From: Acidimicrobiia bacterium
GTDB taxonomy: Bacteria > Actinomycetota > Acidimicrobiia > Acidimicrobiales > CATQHL01
Direction: 5' to 3'
DNA: 55,093 bases
Assembly (NCBI GenBank): GCA_021296415.1
Contig: JAGWAL010000012.1
Span: forward strand, 1 to 55,093
The notes beneath the pieces were generated by a model. That model worked only from the letters and a program-made list of their open reading frames with translations, had not been told where the DNA came from and did not search any database. Every line of letters begins with the position of its first letter. Positions within the stretch are counted from its first letter, which is position 1. Positions 27,397 through 37,746 of the stretch are shown here, piece after piece. Position numbers and translations under genes: made by a program.

Positions 27397-29282
27397 GCCC
27401 GCTCACCGCAGACGGCCTGACGGCCCTGCGGGATCAGGGGGACACCGCGCCTGCCCTGGGTTGGGTCCGAGGGTCCGCGGCCACGTGATCCATCGGCTCG
27501 CGAGGCCGTATCGGCGGCTGGGGTTCGGTCGGAGAAGAATCCTTGTCCGCGGGAGGCCCGTCGGCTTGAGGCCCCTCCATTGGCGGCTCGTCGCTCCGAG
27601 GCGCATCGGCGAGGTTGATCCGTCTGCGGCTCATCGCCTCGGGGCTCGTCGCTGGGTGGGTCAGCGGTCCGCGGCTTGTCGGCCCCTGGGGCGCCGGGGT
27701 GCGGGTCGTCCGGCGGCGGGGGTGGTTTCTGTTTGCAGGCGATGGTGATGGTGTCGCCGTCGTGCAGGGCCGCCCGGCGTGGCGGTTGGGATTCGAACAG
27801 CCCGGGCTGTCGGGGGCCCTCGTCGCTGGCGGTGGCGCCGGCTCTGCGTGGCTGTGTCGCCAGCGGGTCTGCCGGCGGTGGTTGTGCCGGCGGGGGGTGC
27901 TCGGGTTGGAGTTCGCGTCCAGGCGGCCTGGCGGTGTCGGTGGGCGTGTGGGGTGGCTGGAGGGTGAGGCTGCCGTCGCGACGTCGGATGACTTCTTCGC
28001 CGTTGAGATGGACGCGGATGTGGTGGCAGCGGTGACAGAGCAGGCAGGTGTTCTCCAGGGTGGTCTCCCCGCCGTGGCACCAGTGGTCGATGTGGTGGAC
28101 CTCGCAGATCTTCTCGGTGACGCGGCAGCCGATGCAGCCGCGGTCGCGGGCGACGAGTTGTTTCCGCAGTCGCGGCGGGATCTTGCGTTGGGATCGCCCC
28201 AGCAGCGGCCCGCAGGTGTGCTTGTTGAAGATGCCGGGGAGGATCCTGGCGTCACACGCCAACGCCAGCGCTTCGGCTTCGGTGAGGGGCGTGTCGTCGG
28301 CGAGGCGGGCATTGACGACCCGCTCGCGCACCAGGTCGTAGTCGGCCAGGACGATGAACTCGGCGCCCACCGGCGCGTCTTGACCGTCGCTGTGGCTCTT
28401 GCAGATCAGTTCTGCGAGGGCGTCGGCGGAGCGCTGGGGGGGCGTGGGGCGATCCTTGGGGTCCTCACTGCGGAACAACTCGTCCGATTTCGCCGACAGC
28501 GCGGCGCGGACCCGGTTGCCGGTGAGCGGGTCGAACTGCGCGAACAGATGGAACATGCCGTCTCCCTGCTCGCTGATCGAGGCGCGGCGCCGGCGCCGCC
28601 GGGAGGCCCGCCGCGCCTCGAGTTCCTGGTCGCTGGTGGCGTCATTCACCATCTGCTTGATGGTGCGTCGCAGCTGGTCCTCGGGCTCGACCTCGGCGGC
28701 GTCCAGCAGTGCCCGCCGGTCCACCAGCGCATCGGCGGCGGCGTCGAGGATCATTCCCGCCGCCTCGGGGGTGATCGCACCCTCGGCGAGCCGGTCGGCC
28801 ACCTCGGGGGATCACTCCAACTGTCCGGCCACCTTCACGGCCTTGCGGGCGCCGGAACGGGACCGCTTCTGATCCCGACACAGCATCTCCTCGGTCGCCT
28901 TGTCGCCCTCCCGGCGGGAGATCTCCGAAATCACCTCTGCTTCGGAGGCCGCGATCGCCGCCCGCGCCCGCCCCATGCACCCCAGACGGTCACGCAACAC
29001 CGCCAACTCCACCTCCCGCAACGACACCGGCGACGCGAACAACCACTCGCCCAACAACGCCCACTCCCCGCCGCCGGCACCACCCCCACCGTCGGCACTG
29101 GCGATGCCGGTGTCCGCCTCGGCGGGACCGCGACCGACGAAACCAGAACCGGTACCCGTGGTGGCCGCTCCGCTGCCCGGCTCGCGGTGATCGCTACCGC
29201 CACGACCGGCGGCGCCACGGCCGGTGACGGTGCCACCGGTGTGCCTCGGGTCCTCGCCCATCTCGCCATCACCCCTTCGCAT
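27345..29282 (-). pseudogene. DUF222/13E12-like HNH endonuclease interrupted by an in-frame TGA at 28812-28814
   Basis: ORFs 28812-29282 and 27345-28802 share one frame; RDRGCIGC...HHIDHW..GGETTLENTCLLCHRCHH HNH motif; long Pro-rich tail. Confidence 0.75.
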
Positions 29283-29339
29283 CGGTCCCCGGCACCCCCG
29301 CCCGTCGGCGGCGAACGCCGCTTGTCATTGCCTGTCCGC

Positions 29340-29361
29340 AATCTAGAACAGGGGTGTGACA
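29340..29361 (-). promoter_or_regulatory. PafBC/RecA-NDp-type DNA-damage promoter TGTCAC-N10-TAGATT
   Basis: Exact spacing of the TGTCRG-N10-TAnnnT architecture, oriented toward the HNH gene. Confidence 0.55.
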
Positions 29362-29532
29362 CACCCCCTACACCCGTATGTTCCAGTCTCGACACTGATC
29401 CAAAATTGTCTTCGACAGGATCAGAACCGACCGGATAGATCGCGGCGAATCCCCTGCTCAACGGGCCGCGGCCCCGCCACACCCCGAGACGATTGAGAGA
29501 GAGGCCGGCCCTGCTGGCTGCATCGCGGCTCC

Positions 29533-30227
29533 TCAGGTGCTGCGGGTGGCGGTGAGGAGTTGGGCGATTCCGCCGCTGAAGACGTGGTGGTCCACGTCGT
29601 CGAAGCTGGCCGTCTCTAGTTGGTCGGCGAGTTGGTCCGGCGCCGGTAGCAGGCGCAGCGAGTCGGGCAGGTAGCGGTAGGCCTCCCGGTCCGACAGGAG
29701 CCCGCCGATGATCGGGACGACCCGGCCGAAGTAACCCGGCAGGTCGGCTCCGCCACCTCCAGGAGGGCGATGCGGCCGCCGGGCCGTACCGCTCGGGCCA
29801 CCTCGGCGAGGAAGGCCTCCGGATCGGTCACGTTGCGCAGGGCGAAACCGCAGACGGCCCCCTCGAGGGCGCCATCGGGCAGCGGCAGGCGCAACACGTC
29901 GGCCCGCACCAGGGGAGCGGAGGTGGTGGCGTGGCGCAGCATTCCGGCCGAGAAGTCGACACCCACGGCACGGTGGCGCACTCGCTCGAGTTCATCGCAG
30001 AAGTCTCCTGTCCCGCAGGCCAGGTCGGCCACGAGCGACCCCGCCGACAGGTCCATCAGCCGGACGCTGCGGCGCCGCCAGCGGCGGTCCAGGCCGAAGG
30101 TGAGCAGCCGGTTGAGGAGGTCGTAGCGTCGCGCCACCCGATCGAACATGCGCTCGACGGCGCGCTCGCGGCCGGCGCCGAACAGATCGGCGTTCTTGAC
30201 GGTCTCGGAGGCTCGGGAGCGCATCAT
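29533..30227 (-). CDS. menG: demethylmenaquinone methyltransferase (UbiE/MenG), frameshifted near 29735
   Basis: MFDRVARRYDLLN, DLACGTGD, FALRNV; continues in another frame YFGRVVPIIGGLLSDREAYRYLP...TATRST*. Confidence 0.85.
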
Positions 30228-30287
30228 CGACCCCCAAGGCTCTGCTGCGACGCGCCGGCAGGATCAGCCGGATGTTTCCGGCCCTGG

Positions 30288-30406
30288 ATTCCGGCCTCCG
30301 CCGGAATGATGGTTGGGACCCGAGGGATTCGTCGCGCCGCGCAGTGATTCCAGCCTCCTGGACTTGGGCCTGGGATCGAGTCCGGGACAGGCGCTCCACC
30401 AGAATG
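30288..30406. repeat. REP-like palindromes (ATTCCGGC-CTCC-GCCGGAAT and a decayed copy with a nested hairpin)
   Basis: Perfect 8-bp arms at 30288-30307; TCCTGGACTTG/CGAGTCCGGGA at 30356-30387 inside an ATTCCAG...CCAGAAT remnant. Confidence 0.7.
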
Positions 30407-30429
30407 GCGGGTGCGATTGTTCCGGGCGC

Positions 30430-30795
30430 CTAGCGGAACCACGTGCGGTAGTAGCCCCGGCTCATGGGGTGTAGGAGTAGGCCCACGAGGGCGAGCGCCA
30501 GCAGCACGCCGATCAGGTCCCAGGCCGAGAACGCCGCCAGCATCCCGAGGACCTCGCCCAGCATCTCCAGGAATCCGTACAACACCGCCAGGCGGTAACC
30601 GTTCTTGCGTTCCCGGACCGTTCCCTGCGCCGCGCCGAAGGCGAGCAACCCGGTCAGGATCAGGAAGATACTGAGGGGGTGCCCGATCAAGGTGAGGCCC
30701 CTGAGGACGGCGAAGAACCCGGAAATATAGAGGAGCACGACCGCGATCTGCAGGGTCTGCGGAAGCGAGGGATTCGTCCAGCGGAACTGCCTCAT
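30430..30795 (-). CDS. small hypothetical membrane protein (about 4 TM)
   Basis: 121-aa hydrophobic ORF, NPSLPQTLQIAV...LLHPMSR.Y...WF. Confidence 0.75.
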   Translation of the reverse strand: MRQFRWTNPSLPQTLQIAVVLLYISGFFAVLRGLTLIGHPLSIFLILTGLLAFGAAQGTVRERKNGYRLAVLYGFLEMLGEVLGMLAAFSAWDLIGVLLALALVGLLLHPMSRGYYRTWFR

Positions 30796-30799
30796 GGCC

Positions 30800-31594
30800 C
30801 TAGTCTGCTCGCTCTATCCGGCGCGGCCCACCATTGGCGCCTGCCGGCTCGGTGTGGTCTCGGGCGCGCCCCGACAACGCGGCGACATAGGCCCGGTTGG
30901 TGTGGTGGTGCCGGAAGCCGAGACGCCGGTAGACGGCGTTGGCCGCGGCGTTGTCGGATTCCACGTAGAGCATCGCGACGGTCGGTCCACGGCTGTGGAG
31001 GTGGGCCAGACCCGCCAGGGTCAGCGGCCCGCCGATGCCTCGTCCCTGGCAGGCCGGATCCACGGCGATCACGTAGATCTCGCCCACGGGAATGTCCCCG
31101 GGTGGCGGTCCGCCCCCCGGATGGACCTTCGTCCAGCAGAATCCCGCCAGGCGACCCTCCAGTTCGTGGAGCAGGAACCCCGCCGCGTCGTACCAGGGTT
31201 CGGCCTGGCGCGCCCGCAGGTCGTCGGCGGTCATGGCGCCCTGCTCGGGGTGCCAGCCGAAGGCCCGCCGGTTCACCGCCAGCACCGCGTCGGTGTCTCC
31301 CGGTTCGAAGGGGCGCACCGCCAGATCCGAGGGTGCGGCCGGCAGCGGCGCACGCAACTGCCAGAGGTCGCGATAGGCCGTGAACCCGAACTCCGCCGCC
31401 AATGCGTCGTCGGAAGGTTCCACATGGCCGATCCAGAGCCTGCACGTGCTCCCGCCGGCGGCCCGCACGGTGGCCACGGCCGCCGCCAACCGGTCCTGCA
31501 GCTCTCCGGTATCGAGCGTGAGCCGGTCGGCCGCCGGCAGCTCGATCGTCCAGGCCACCTCACCATCGTTCGGCCCGGAAATCTCGATCGCCAC
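30800..31594 (-). CDS. mshD: mycothiol synthase (GNAT)
   Basis: [40 protein letters not shown] motifs; start uncertain. Confidence 0.85.
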   Translation of the reverse strand: MAIEISGPNDGEVAWTIELPAADRLTLDTGELQDRLAAAVATVRAAGGSTCRLWIGHVEPSDDALAAEFGFTAYRDLWQLRAPLPAAPSDLAVRPFEPGDTDAVLAVNRRAFGWHPEQGAMTADDLRARQAEPWYDAAGFLLHELEGRLAGFCWTKVHPGGGPPPGDIPVGEIYVIAVDPACQGRGIGGPLTLAGLAHLHSRGPTVAMLYVESDNAAANAVYRRLGFRHHHTNRAYVAALSGRARDHTEPAGANGGPRRIERAD

Positions 31595-31701
31595 CGCAGC
31601 GGAGGCTACTCCCACCCATATCCGATAAGAGTCGTCCGAAGCCTCACGCGGCAATGACCGGATGGCCGGAACGCCTGCGGGGGAGCGCTACCGTTGCCTG
31701 C

Positions 31702-32346
31702 ATGGGTCGTCCACGTTCGCCCCGGGGCCGCGCCCGGGAGACGCACGAGCGCCTGAAGCGGGAGTACCCGGATGCCGATTGCGCGCTGGTTCACGACTCG
31801 CCCTACCAGCTGCTGGTCGCCACGATTCTCTCCGCGCAGTGCACCGACAAGAGGGTCAACATGGTCACCCCGGGGCTGTTCGCGCGCTATCCCGCGCCGG
31901 AGGACCTGGCTGCCTGCAACCCATCGGAGCTCGAGGCGATGATCCACTCCACCGGCTTCTTCCAGAGCAAGGCCCGCAATCTCATCGGCATGGCCGACCG
32001 GCTGGTGCGCCACCACGGCGGGGAGGTGCCCAGCTCCATGCGCGAGCTGACGGCCCTTCCCGGAGTGGGGCGGAAGACGGCCAACGTGGTGCGCAGCGTG
32101 GCGTTCGACCTACCGGGCCTGCCGGTGGACACCCACGTCGGCCGTCTCGCCCGGCGCCTCGGCATGACCGAGGCCACCGATCCCACCGTCGTCGAGAGGG
32201 AGCTGAATCCCATGATCCCGGCGGGCGAACGGGGGGACTTCAGCATGCGCCTGATCCTGCACGGGCGGCAGGTGTGCAGGGCGCGTCGCGCCGACTGCGA
32301 CCGATGCATCTGCAACGACTTCTGCCCATCGGCGTTCGCCGTCTGA
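31702..32346 (+). CDS. nth: endonuclease III
   Basis: LLVATILSAQCTD, LPGVGRKTANVV, VDTHV, C-x6-C-x2-C-x5-C FeS motif. Confidence 0.95.
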   Translation: MGRPRSPRGRARETHERLKREYPDADCALVHDSPYQLLVATILSAQCTDKRVNMVTPGLFARYPAPEDLAACNPSELEAMIHSTGFFQSKARNLIGMADRLVRHHGGEVPSSMRELTALPGVGRKTANVVRSVAFDLPGLPVDTHVGRLARRLGMTEATDPTVVERELNPMIPAGERGDFSMRLILHGRQVCRARRADCDRCICNDFCPSAFAV

Positions 32347-32441
32347 GCATGCGTGCATTGCGCCGGCTCGAGGGGTTCGCGGCGCGCCATCTGCGCCGGG
32401 ACGACACGGAGGGGAGTCGGGAGACAGCTAGCGTCGCCGCG

Positions 32442-33770
32442 GTGGCGGGCAAGAACGGACTCCTCGCCGTCATCGACGCGCGCGGGGCGACCGATCCCTG
32501 CCTGCCGGGCGTCCCCGAGGCGAGTTCTCCGGGAGTCCTGGAGTCGGTGCGCGAGATCATCCGCGACGTGCGGCGCGACGGCGACGCGGCCCTGCGCGAG
32601 CTGGCGAGGCGCTTCGACGGGGCGGCGCTCACCGATCTGGCCGTGAGCCCGGCAGCGTGCACGGCAGCGCTCGAGAACCTGGCTCCCCCCGTGCGCGAGG
32701 CACTCGAGGCGGCCGCGGTGCGGATCGAGGCCTTCCACCGCACGCAGCTCGAGCCCCAGGCCAGCTGGACGTGCGACGGCGTGACAGTCCGCTCGCTGCA
32801 GATTCCGGTGGACCGGGCCGGGTTGTACGTCCCCGGCGGGCGGGCGGCCTATCCCTCGACGGTCCTGATGACCGCCATCCCCGCCCGGGTGGCCGGCGTG
32901 GCGAGCCTGGCGCTGTGCGTGCCGCCCGGTCCCGACGGCACGGTTGCGCCCGTCACACTGGCCGCCGCGGCGCTCGCGGGTACCCAGGAGGTGTACGCGG
33001 TCGGCGGTGCGGGTGCCGTGGCCGCGCTGGCGTACGGCACCGACACGATCCCGCGGGTGGATCTGATCGCCGGTCCGGGGAACATCTATGTCGCCGTGGC
33101 CAAGCAGGAGGTGGCCGGCATCGTCGGCGTGCCCTCGGCCTTCGCCGGGCCCTCCGAGGTGGTGGTCGTCGCCGACGGCTCGGCTCCGCCCGAACTCGCT
33201 GCGGTCGACCTGATCGTGCAGGCCGAGCACGGCCCCGACGGCATGGCGTGCCTGGTCACCTGGGATCCGGCCGTGGCCGCGGCCGTGGCCGCAGAGGTGG
33301 AGGCCGCGGCTGCCAGGGCACCGCGCCGGGCGGAGATCGAGGCGACCCTTGCCTCCTCGGGCTATGCCGTCGTCGTGGACGGCCCGGAGGCGGCCGCCCG
33401 CGTGGTGAACCGGATCGCACCCGAGCACCTGCAGCTCATGGTGGCCGCGCCCGAGGCGCTGCTCCCGCTCATCCGCCACGCCGGTGCCATCTTCTGCGGC
33501 GAGAACGCCCCGGCCTCCCTGGGGGACTACCTGGCGGGACCCTCGCACGTGCTGCCGACGGGACGCACGGCCCGGTTCGGTTCGGCGCTGGGTGTTGCCG
33601 ACTTCTGCCGCCGGACCCATGTCATCTCCGCCGACGAGGAGGCCATGGTCCGACTCGGACCCGCGATCGAGACGCTGGCGATCGCCGAGGGCCTGCCCGC
33701 ACATGCCGCCTCGGTCAGGAAGCGGCTGGACCGCCTGGCGAATCCGGCTGCCGCGGGCGAGCGGCCATGA
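32442..33770 (+). CDS. hisD: histidinol dehydrogenase
   Basis: GLYVPGGRAAYPS, GPGNIYV, AGPSE, QAEH, APEHL, GDYLAGPSHVLPT. Confidence 0.95.
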   Translation: MAGKNGLLAVIDARGATDPCLPGVPEASSPGVLESVREIIRDVRRDGDAALRELARRFDGAALTDLAVSPAACTAALENLAPPVREALEAAAVRIEAFHRTQLEPQASWTCDGVTVRSLQIPVDRAGLYVPGGRAAYPSTVLMTAIPARVAGVASLALCVPPGPDGTVAPVTLAAAALAGTQEVYAVGGAGAVAALAYGTDTIPRVDLIAGPGNIYVAVAKQEVAGIVGVPSAFAGPSEVVVVADGSAPPELAAVDLIVQAEHGPDGMACLVTWDPAVAAAVAAEVEAAAARAPRRAEIEATLASSGYAVVVDGPEAAARVVNRIAPEHLQLMVAAPEALLPLIRHAGAIFCGENAPASLGDYLAGPSHVLPTGRTARFGSALGVADFCRRTHVISADEEAMVRLGPAIETLAIAEGLPAHAASVRKRLDRLANPAAAGERP

Positions 33771-34852
33771 GCTGGCCGCAGTCCCGCCCGCAGGTGGCGA
33801 CGATGAAGGGGTACCACTCGCCGCAGGTGGATGTGCGCGTGCGACTCAACACCAACGAGTCCCCGTTCGCGCCAGCCGAAGGGTTCCGGGAGGCACTCGC
33901 CGAACGGCTGGCGTCCGTCGACTGGAATCGCTACCCGCCGCGCGCGGCCGAGCCGCTGCGCGCCGGTATCGCCGCGCTGCACGGGGTCTCCCCCGACAAC
34001 GTGATCGCCGCCAACGGATCCAATGAGGTCATCCAGACCTTGCTGCTGACCTACGCCGGCGGGAACGGGCGCGTCGGGCTGTTCTCGCCGACCTATGCCC
34101 TGCACTCCCACATCGCCCGCATCGTCGGCGCCGAGGTCGTGACGGCGACCCGCGCCCCGGACTTCCGCGTCGGCGCCGAAGCGGTGGCCCGGTTCGCCGC
34201 CGATGAGCGCCCGGACGTGCTGTTCCTGTGTTCGCCCAACAATCCGACCGGCACCGTGGAGGATCCCGAAACGGTCCGGGCGGCTCTCGAGGCCGTCTCG
34301 GACTACGGAGGCGTCCTCGTCGTGGACGAGGCCTACATCCAGTTCACGGGACGCCGGCCCGGCAGGTTCACGGCGGTCGACCTGCAGGACGAGGCGACCC
34401 CGCTGGTGGTGTGCCGCACCTTCTCCAAGGCCTGGGCCCTGGCTGCCGTCCGGCTCGGCTACGCGCTGGCGCCGTCGCGCATCGTCGCCGAGATGCACAA
34501 GGTCGTGCTGCCGTACCACCTCGACGTCATGACGCAGGAGATCGGCATGCTCTGCCTGCAGCATGCCGCCGCCGCCGACCGGCGGGCGGCCGCCGTGGTG
34601 GCCGAGCGGGAGCGACTGGCGGAACACCTGTCCGGGTTGCCGGTGCGGCATTGGCCCTCGGGCGCCAACTTCATCCTCTTCCGCCCCTCCGGCCGGGACG
34701 GCGCGGCGGTGTGGCAGGGTCTCGTGGACCGGTCGGTGCTCGTGCGTGACTGCAGTTCCTGGGAGGGGCTCCGCGACTGCCTGCGCGTCACCGTCGGCAC
34801 GCCGGAGGAGAACACGCTGTTCCTCGAGGCCCTGGCGGCCGTTCTGCGCTGA
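33767..34852 (+). CDS. hisC: histidinol-phosphate aminotransferase
   Basis: LNTNESP, NGSNE, CSPNNPTG, DEAY, RTFSKAW motifs. Confidence 0.94.
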   Translation: MSWPQSRPQVATMKGYHSPQVDVRVRLNTNESPFAPAEGFREALAERLASVDWNRYPPRAAEPLRAGIAALHGVSPDNVIAANGSNEVIQTLLLTYAGGNGRVGLFSPTYALHSHIARIVGAEVVTATRAPDFRVGAEAVARFAADERPDVLFLCSPNNPTGTVEDPETVRAALEAVSDYGGVLVVDEAYIQFTGRRPGRFTAVDLQDEATPLVVCRTFSKAWALAAVRLGYALAPSRIVAEMHKVVLPYHLDVMTQEIGMLCLQHAAAADRRAAAVVAERERLAEHLSGLPVRHWPSGANFILFRPSGRDGAAVWQGLVDRSVLVRDCSSWEGLRDCLRVTVGTPEENTLFLEALAAVLR

Positions 34853-34933
34853 GGCGTCCGCGCGCCGGGCGCTGCTGCGATACTGCACAGTGCCGGCGGC
34901 AAACACCCGGCAACCGACGACCGAGGAGGAGCC

Positions 34934-35527
34934 GTGGGCGAGCGGCAGTCCCGACGGCAACGGAGTACCGCGGAGACCAGTATCGGGATCAGCCTCGATG
35001 TGGACGGCGACGGGCAAAGCGACGTCTCCACCGGCCTGCCGTTCTTCGACCACATGCTGGCACAGTTGGCGCGCCACGGAGGGTGGAACCTGAGCGTCGA
35101 AGCGAGCGGCGACCTCGCCGTGGACGCGCACCACACCGTGGAGGACACGGGCATCCTGCTCGGGCAGTGCCTCCGGGAGGCGCTCGGTGACAAGCGCGGC
35201 GTGCGCCGGTTCGCCTCCGCCGCCGTTCCCCTCGACGAGGCACTCGTGGACGTGGCCCTGGACCTCTCGGGCCGCCCCTATCTCCACTACGAGTTGGATC
35301 CCCCGGGTGAGAAGATCCTCGGCGATCCGCCCTTCGATCCCCAGTTGATGGAGGAGTTCTGGCGGGCGTTCGTCACCAGTGCGGCCATCACGCTGCACCT
35401 CGTGCTGGTGCGCGGCCGCAACACGCACCACATCCTGGAGTCCGCATTCAAGAGCGTGGCGCGCAGCCTGCGCGATGCGGTGCGCGTCGAGGGTGCCGAC
35501 GTGCCCTCGACGAAGGGCACCCTCTAG
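34934..35527 (+). CDS. hisB: imidazoleglycerol-phosphate dehydratase
   Basis: FFDHML, DAHHTVED, NTHHILES, PSTKG. Confidence 0.95.
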   Translation: MGERQSRRQRSTAETSIGISLDVDGDGQSDVSTGLPFFDHMLAQLARHGGWNLSVEASGDLAVDAHHTVEDTGILLGQCLREALGDKRGVRRFASAAVPLDEALVDVALDLSGRPYLHYELDPPGEKILGDPPFDPQLMEEFWRAFVTSAAITLHLVLVRGRNTHHILESAFKSVARSLRDAVRVEGADVPSTKGTL

Positions 35528-35555
35528 ACCGCCCGGACGGAGACTCCGGACAGCC

Positions 35556-36179
35556 ATGAGCGCTTCGGGACGCCCGGTCGTGGCGGTTCTGGACTACGGC
35601 ATCGGCAACCTCCGGTCGGCGCAGAAGGGACTGGAGCGCGCCGGCGCGGACGCCCACCTGACCGCCGACCCGGAGCTCATCAGGCGGGCCGACGGCCTCG
35701 TGCTGCCGGGCGTGGGCGCCTTCGCGCCCTGCATGGCGGCGCTCGAAGGGGCAGCTCTGGATCGCGAGGCGCGGCGCGCCGTGGAGGAGGGGGTGCCCTT
35801 CCTGGGCATCTGCATCGGTATGCAGATGCTCTACGAGGGGTCCGAGGAGGCCCCCGGGCGCCGCGGTCTGGGCCTCCTGCCCGGCGACGTACGCAGGCTC
35901 CCCGACGGTGTCAAGAGACCCCAGATGCAGTGGAACCGGCTACAGGTGGACCGGCCCGACGCGCTGCTGGCCGGACTGGACGGGGCGTGGGTCTACTTCG
36001 TGCACTCCTATTCCGCCGAGATCTCCTCCAACACGATCGCCACCTGCGACTACGGCGGTCCCGTGAGCGCTGTGGCGGCCACCGGAGCGCTGTGGGGCGT
36101 CCAGTTCCACCCCGAGAAGTCCGGCGCCGAGGGGCTGCGACTGCTCGGTAATTTCGTGGCGATCCTGGCGTGCCGCTGA
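35556..36179 (+). CDS. hisH: imidazole glycerol phosphate synthase glutaminase subunit
   Basis: DYGIGNL, LPGVGAF, GICIGMQ, QFHPEKS. Confidence 0.95.
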   Translation: MSASGRPVVAVLDYGIGNLRSAQKGLERAGADAHLTADPELIRRADGLVLPGVGAFAPCMAALEGAALDREARRAVEEGVPFLGICIGMQMLYEGSEEAPGRRGLGLLPGDVRRLPDGVKRPQMQWNRLQVDRPDALLAGLDGAWVYFVHSYSAEISSNTIATCDYGGPVSAVAATGALWGVQFHPEKSGAEGLRLLGNFVAILACR

Positions 36180-36958
36180 TGCTGCTGTTCCCGGCCATCG
36201 ATCTGCGCGGCGGGCGCTGCGTGCGCCTCTACCGGGGTGACTTCGGCGCCGAGACCGTCTACGCGGAGGACCCCGAGACGGTGGCGGCGTCGTTCGCCGC
36301 GGCGGGTGCGCCGTGGCTGCACGTCGTGGATCTCGACGCGGCGCGATCCGGTGAGCTCACCAACCTCGCCCAGGTGGCCGCAATCGTCACCGCCGCCGGC
36401 GTGCCGGTGCAGTACGGCGGGGGAGTGCGGTCGGTGGCCGCCGCCGCGCAGCTCGCGAGCTTGGGCGTGGCCCGCGTCGTGATGGGGACCGCGGCTCTCG
36501 AGAACCCCGCGCTGCTCGCAGAGATCTCGGCCCGCCAGCCGGTGGCGCTGGGGCTGGATGTCCGCGGGCGCGAGGTCGCCGTGCGGGGTTGGCGCGCCGG
36601 CAGCGGACGGAGCCTCGGCGAGGTGCTGGCCACCGAGCCCGCCGTGGAGGCCCTCGTGGTCACGCAGATCGCCACCGACGGCACCCTCGGCGGCCCCGAT
36701 GTGGAACTGCTGGCCGAGGTACTCGCCGCCACGGACCTCCCCCTGATCGCCTCGGGCGGGGTCGGCGATCTGGCGGATCTGCGGCGGCTCGCCCGCCTGC
36801 GGGCCGGCGGGCGCTCGCTGGCCGGCACCATCGTCGGGCGCGCCATCTACGAGCGGACGCTGAGCCTCGCCGAGGCCCTGCGCGAACTCGCCGAGGAGGC
36901 GGCGGCGCCACCGGGAGCCTCGCCGGCCGGGCGGGACAGGGGAAGGGCGCAGCCGTGA
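36179..36958 (+). CDS. hisA: ProFAR isomerase HisA
   Basis: [30 protein letters not shown]. Confidence 0.93.
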   Translation: MLLFPAIDLRGGRCVRLYRGDFGAETVYAEDPETVAASFAAAGAPWLHVVDLDAARSGELTNLAQVAAIVTAAGVPVQYGGGVRSVAAAAQLASLGVARVVMGTAALENPALLAEISARQPVALGLDVRGREVAVRGWRAGSGRSLGEVLATEPAVEALVVTQIATDGTLGGPDVELLAEVLAATDLPLIASGGVGDLADLRRLARLRAGGRSLAGTIVGRAIYERTLSLAEALRELAEEAAAPPGASPAGRDRGRAQP

Positions 36959-37737
36959 GTTCGACCGTCGTCCGCATCATCCCCTGTCTCGACGTCGACG
37001 CGGGCCGGGTGGTCAAGGGTGTGGAATTCGTGGATCTGCGAGACGCCGGCGATCCGGTGGAGCTGGCCGCCCGCTATGACGCCGAGGGAGCCGACGAGCT
37101 GGTCTTCCTGGACATCACAGCCTCCTCCGACGCCCGCGACGTGATGCTCGAGGTGGCGCGGCGCACGGCCGAGGAGGTGTTCATCCCGTTCACCGTGGGC
37201 GGCGGCATCCGCAGCACCGGCGACGCCCGCCGCCTCCTGCGAGCCGGCTCCGACAAGGTCTCGGTCAACACCGCCGCGGTGGCGCGCCCAGCGCTGATCT
37301 CGGAGATCGCCGAAGAGTTCGGCACGCAGTGCGTGGTCGTCGCGATCGACGCACGGTTGGATGCGTCGGGCCGGTTCGAGGTGGTCACCCATGGCGGGCG
37401 GCGGCCGACCGCACTCGACGCCGTGGAATGGGCGGCACGCGCCGAGAGTCTCGGTGCCGGCGAGATCCTCCTCACCTCCATGGACCGTGACGGCACGAAG
37501 GAGGGTTTCGATCTGCCGCTCACCGCCGCCGTCAGCGCTGCCGTCAACGTGCCCGTCATCGCCTCGGGCGGTGTGGGATCGCTGGAGCACCTGGCCGAGG
37601 GCGTCGGCGCCGGGGCGGACGCCGTGCTGGCGGCGTCCATCTTCCACTTCGGCGAGTACAGCATCGCCGAGGCCAAGACGGCGCTCTCCGCAGCCGGTGT
37701 CCGGGTCCGGCCCGTCAAGGCCGCCGCGGACGGGTAG
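36955..37737 (+). CDS. hisF: imidazole glycerol phosphate synthase cyclase subunit
   Basis: [36 protein letters not shown]. Confidence 0.96.
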   Translation: MSSTVVRIIPCLDVDAGRVVKGVEFVDLRDAGDPVELAARYDAEGADELVFLDITASSDARDVMLEVARRTAEEVFIPFTVGGGIRSTGDARRLLRAGSDKVSVNTAAVARPALISEIAEEFGTQCVVVAIDARLDASGRFEVVTHGGRRPTALDAVEWAARAESLGAGEILLTSMDRDGTKEGFDLPLTAAVSAAVNVPVIASGGVGSLEHLAEGVGAGADAVLAASIFHFGEYSIAEAKTALSAAGVRVRPVKAAADG

Positions 37738-37746
37738 CGTCGCGGC

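Noticed and set aside
29340-29440. LexA (SOS) box upstream of the HNH gene
   Set aside because: GAAC half-sites are present but no GAAC-N4-GTTC palindrome.
29458-29523. 21-codon ORF with GAGGAG RBS after the menG stop (minus strand)
   Set aside because: Too short, with no recognisable motif or supporting codon bias.
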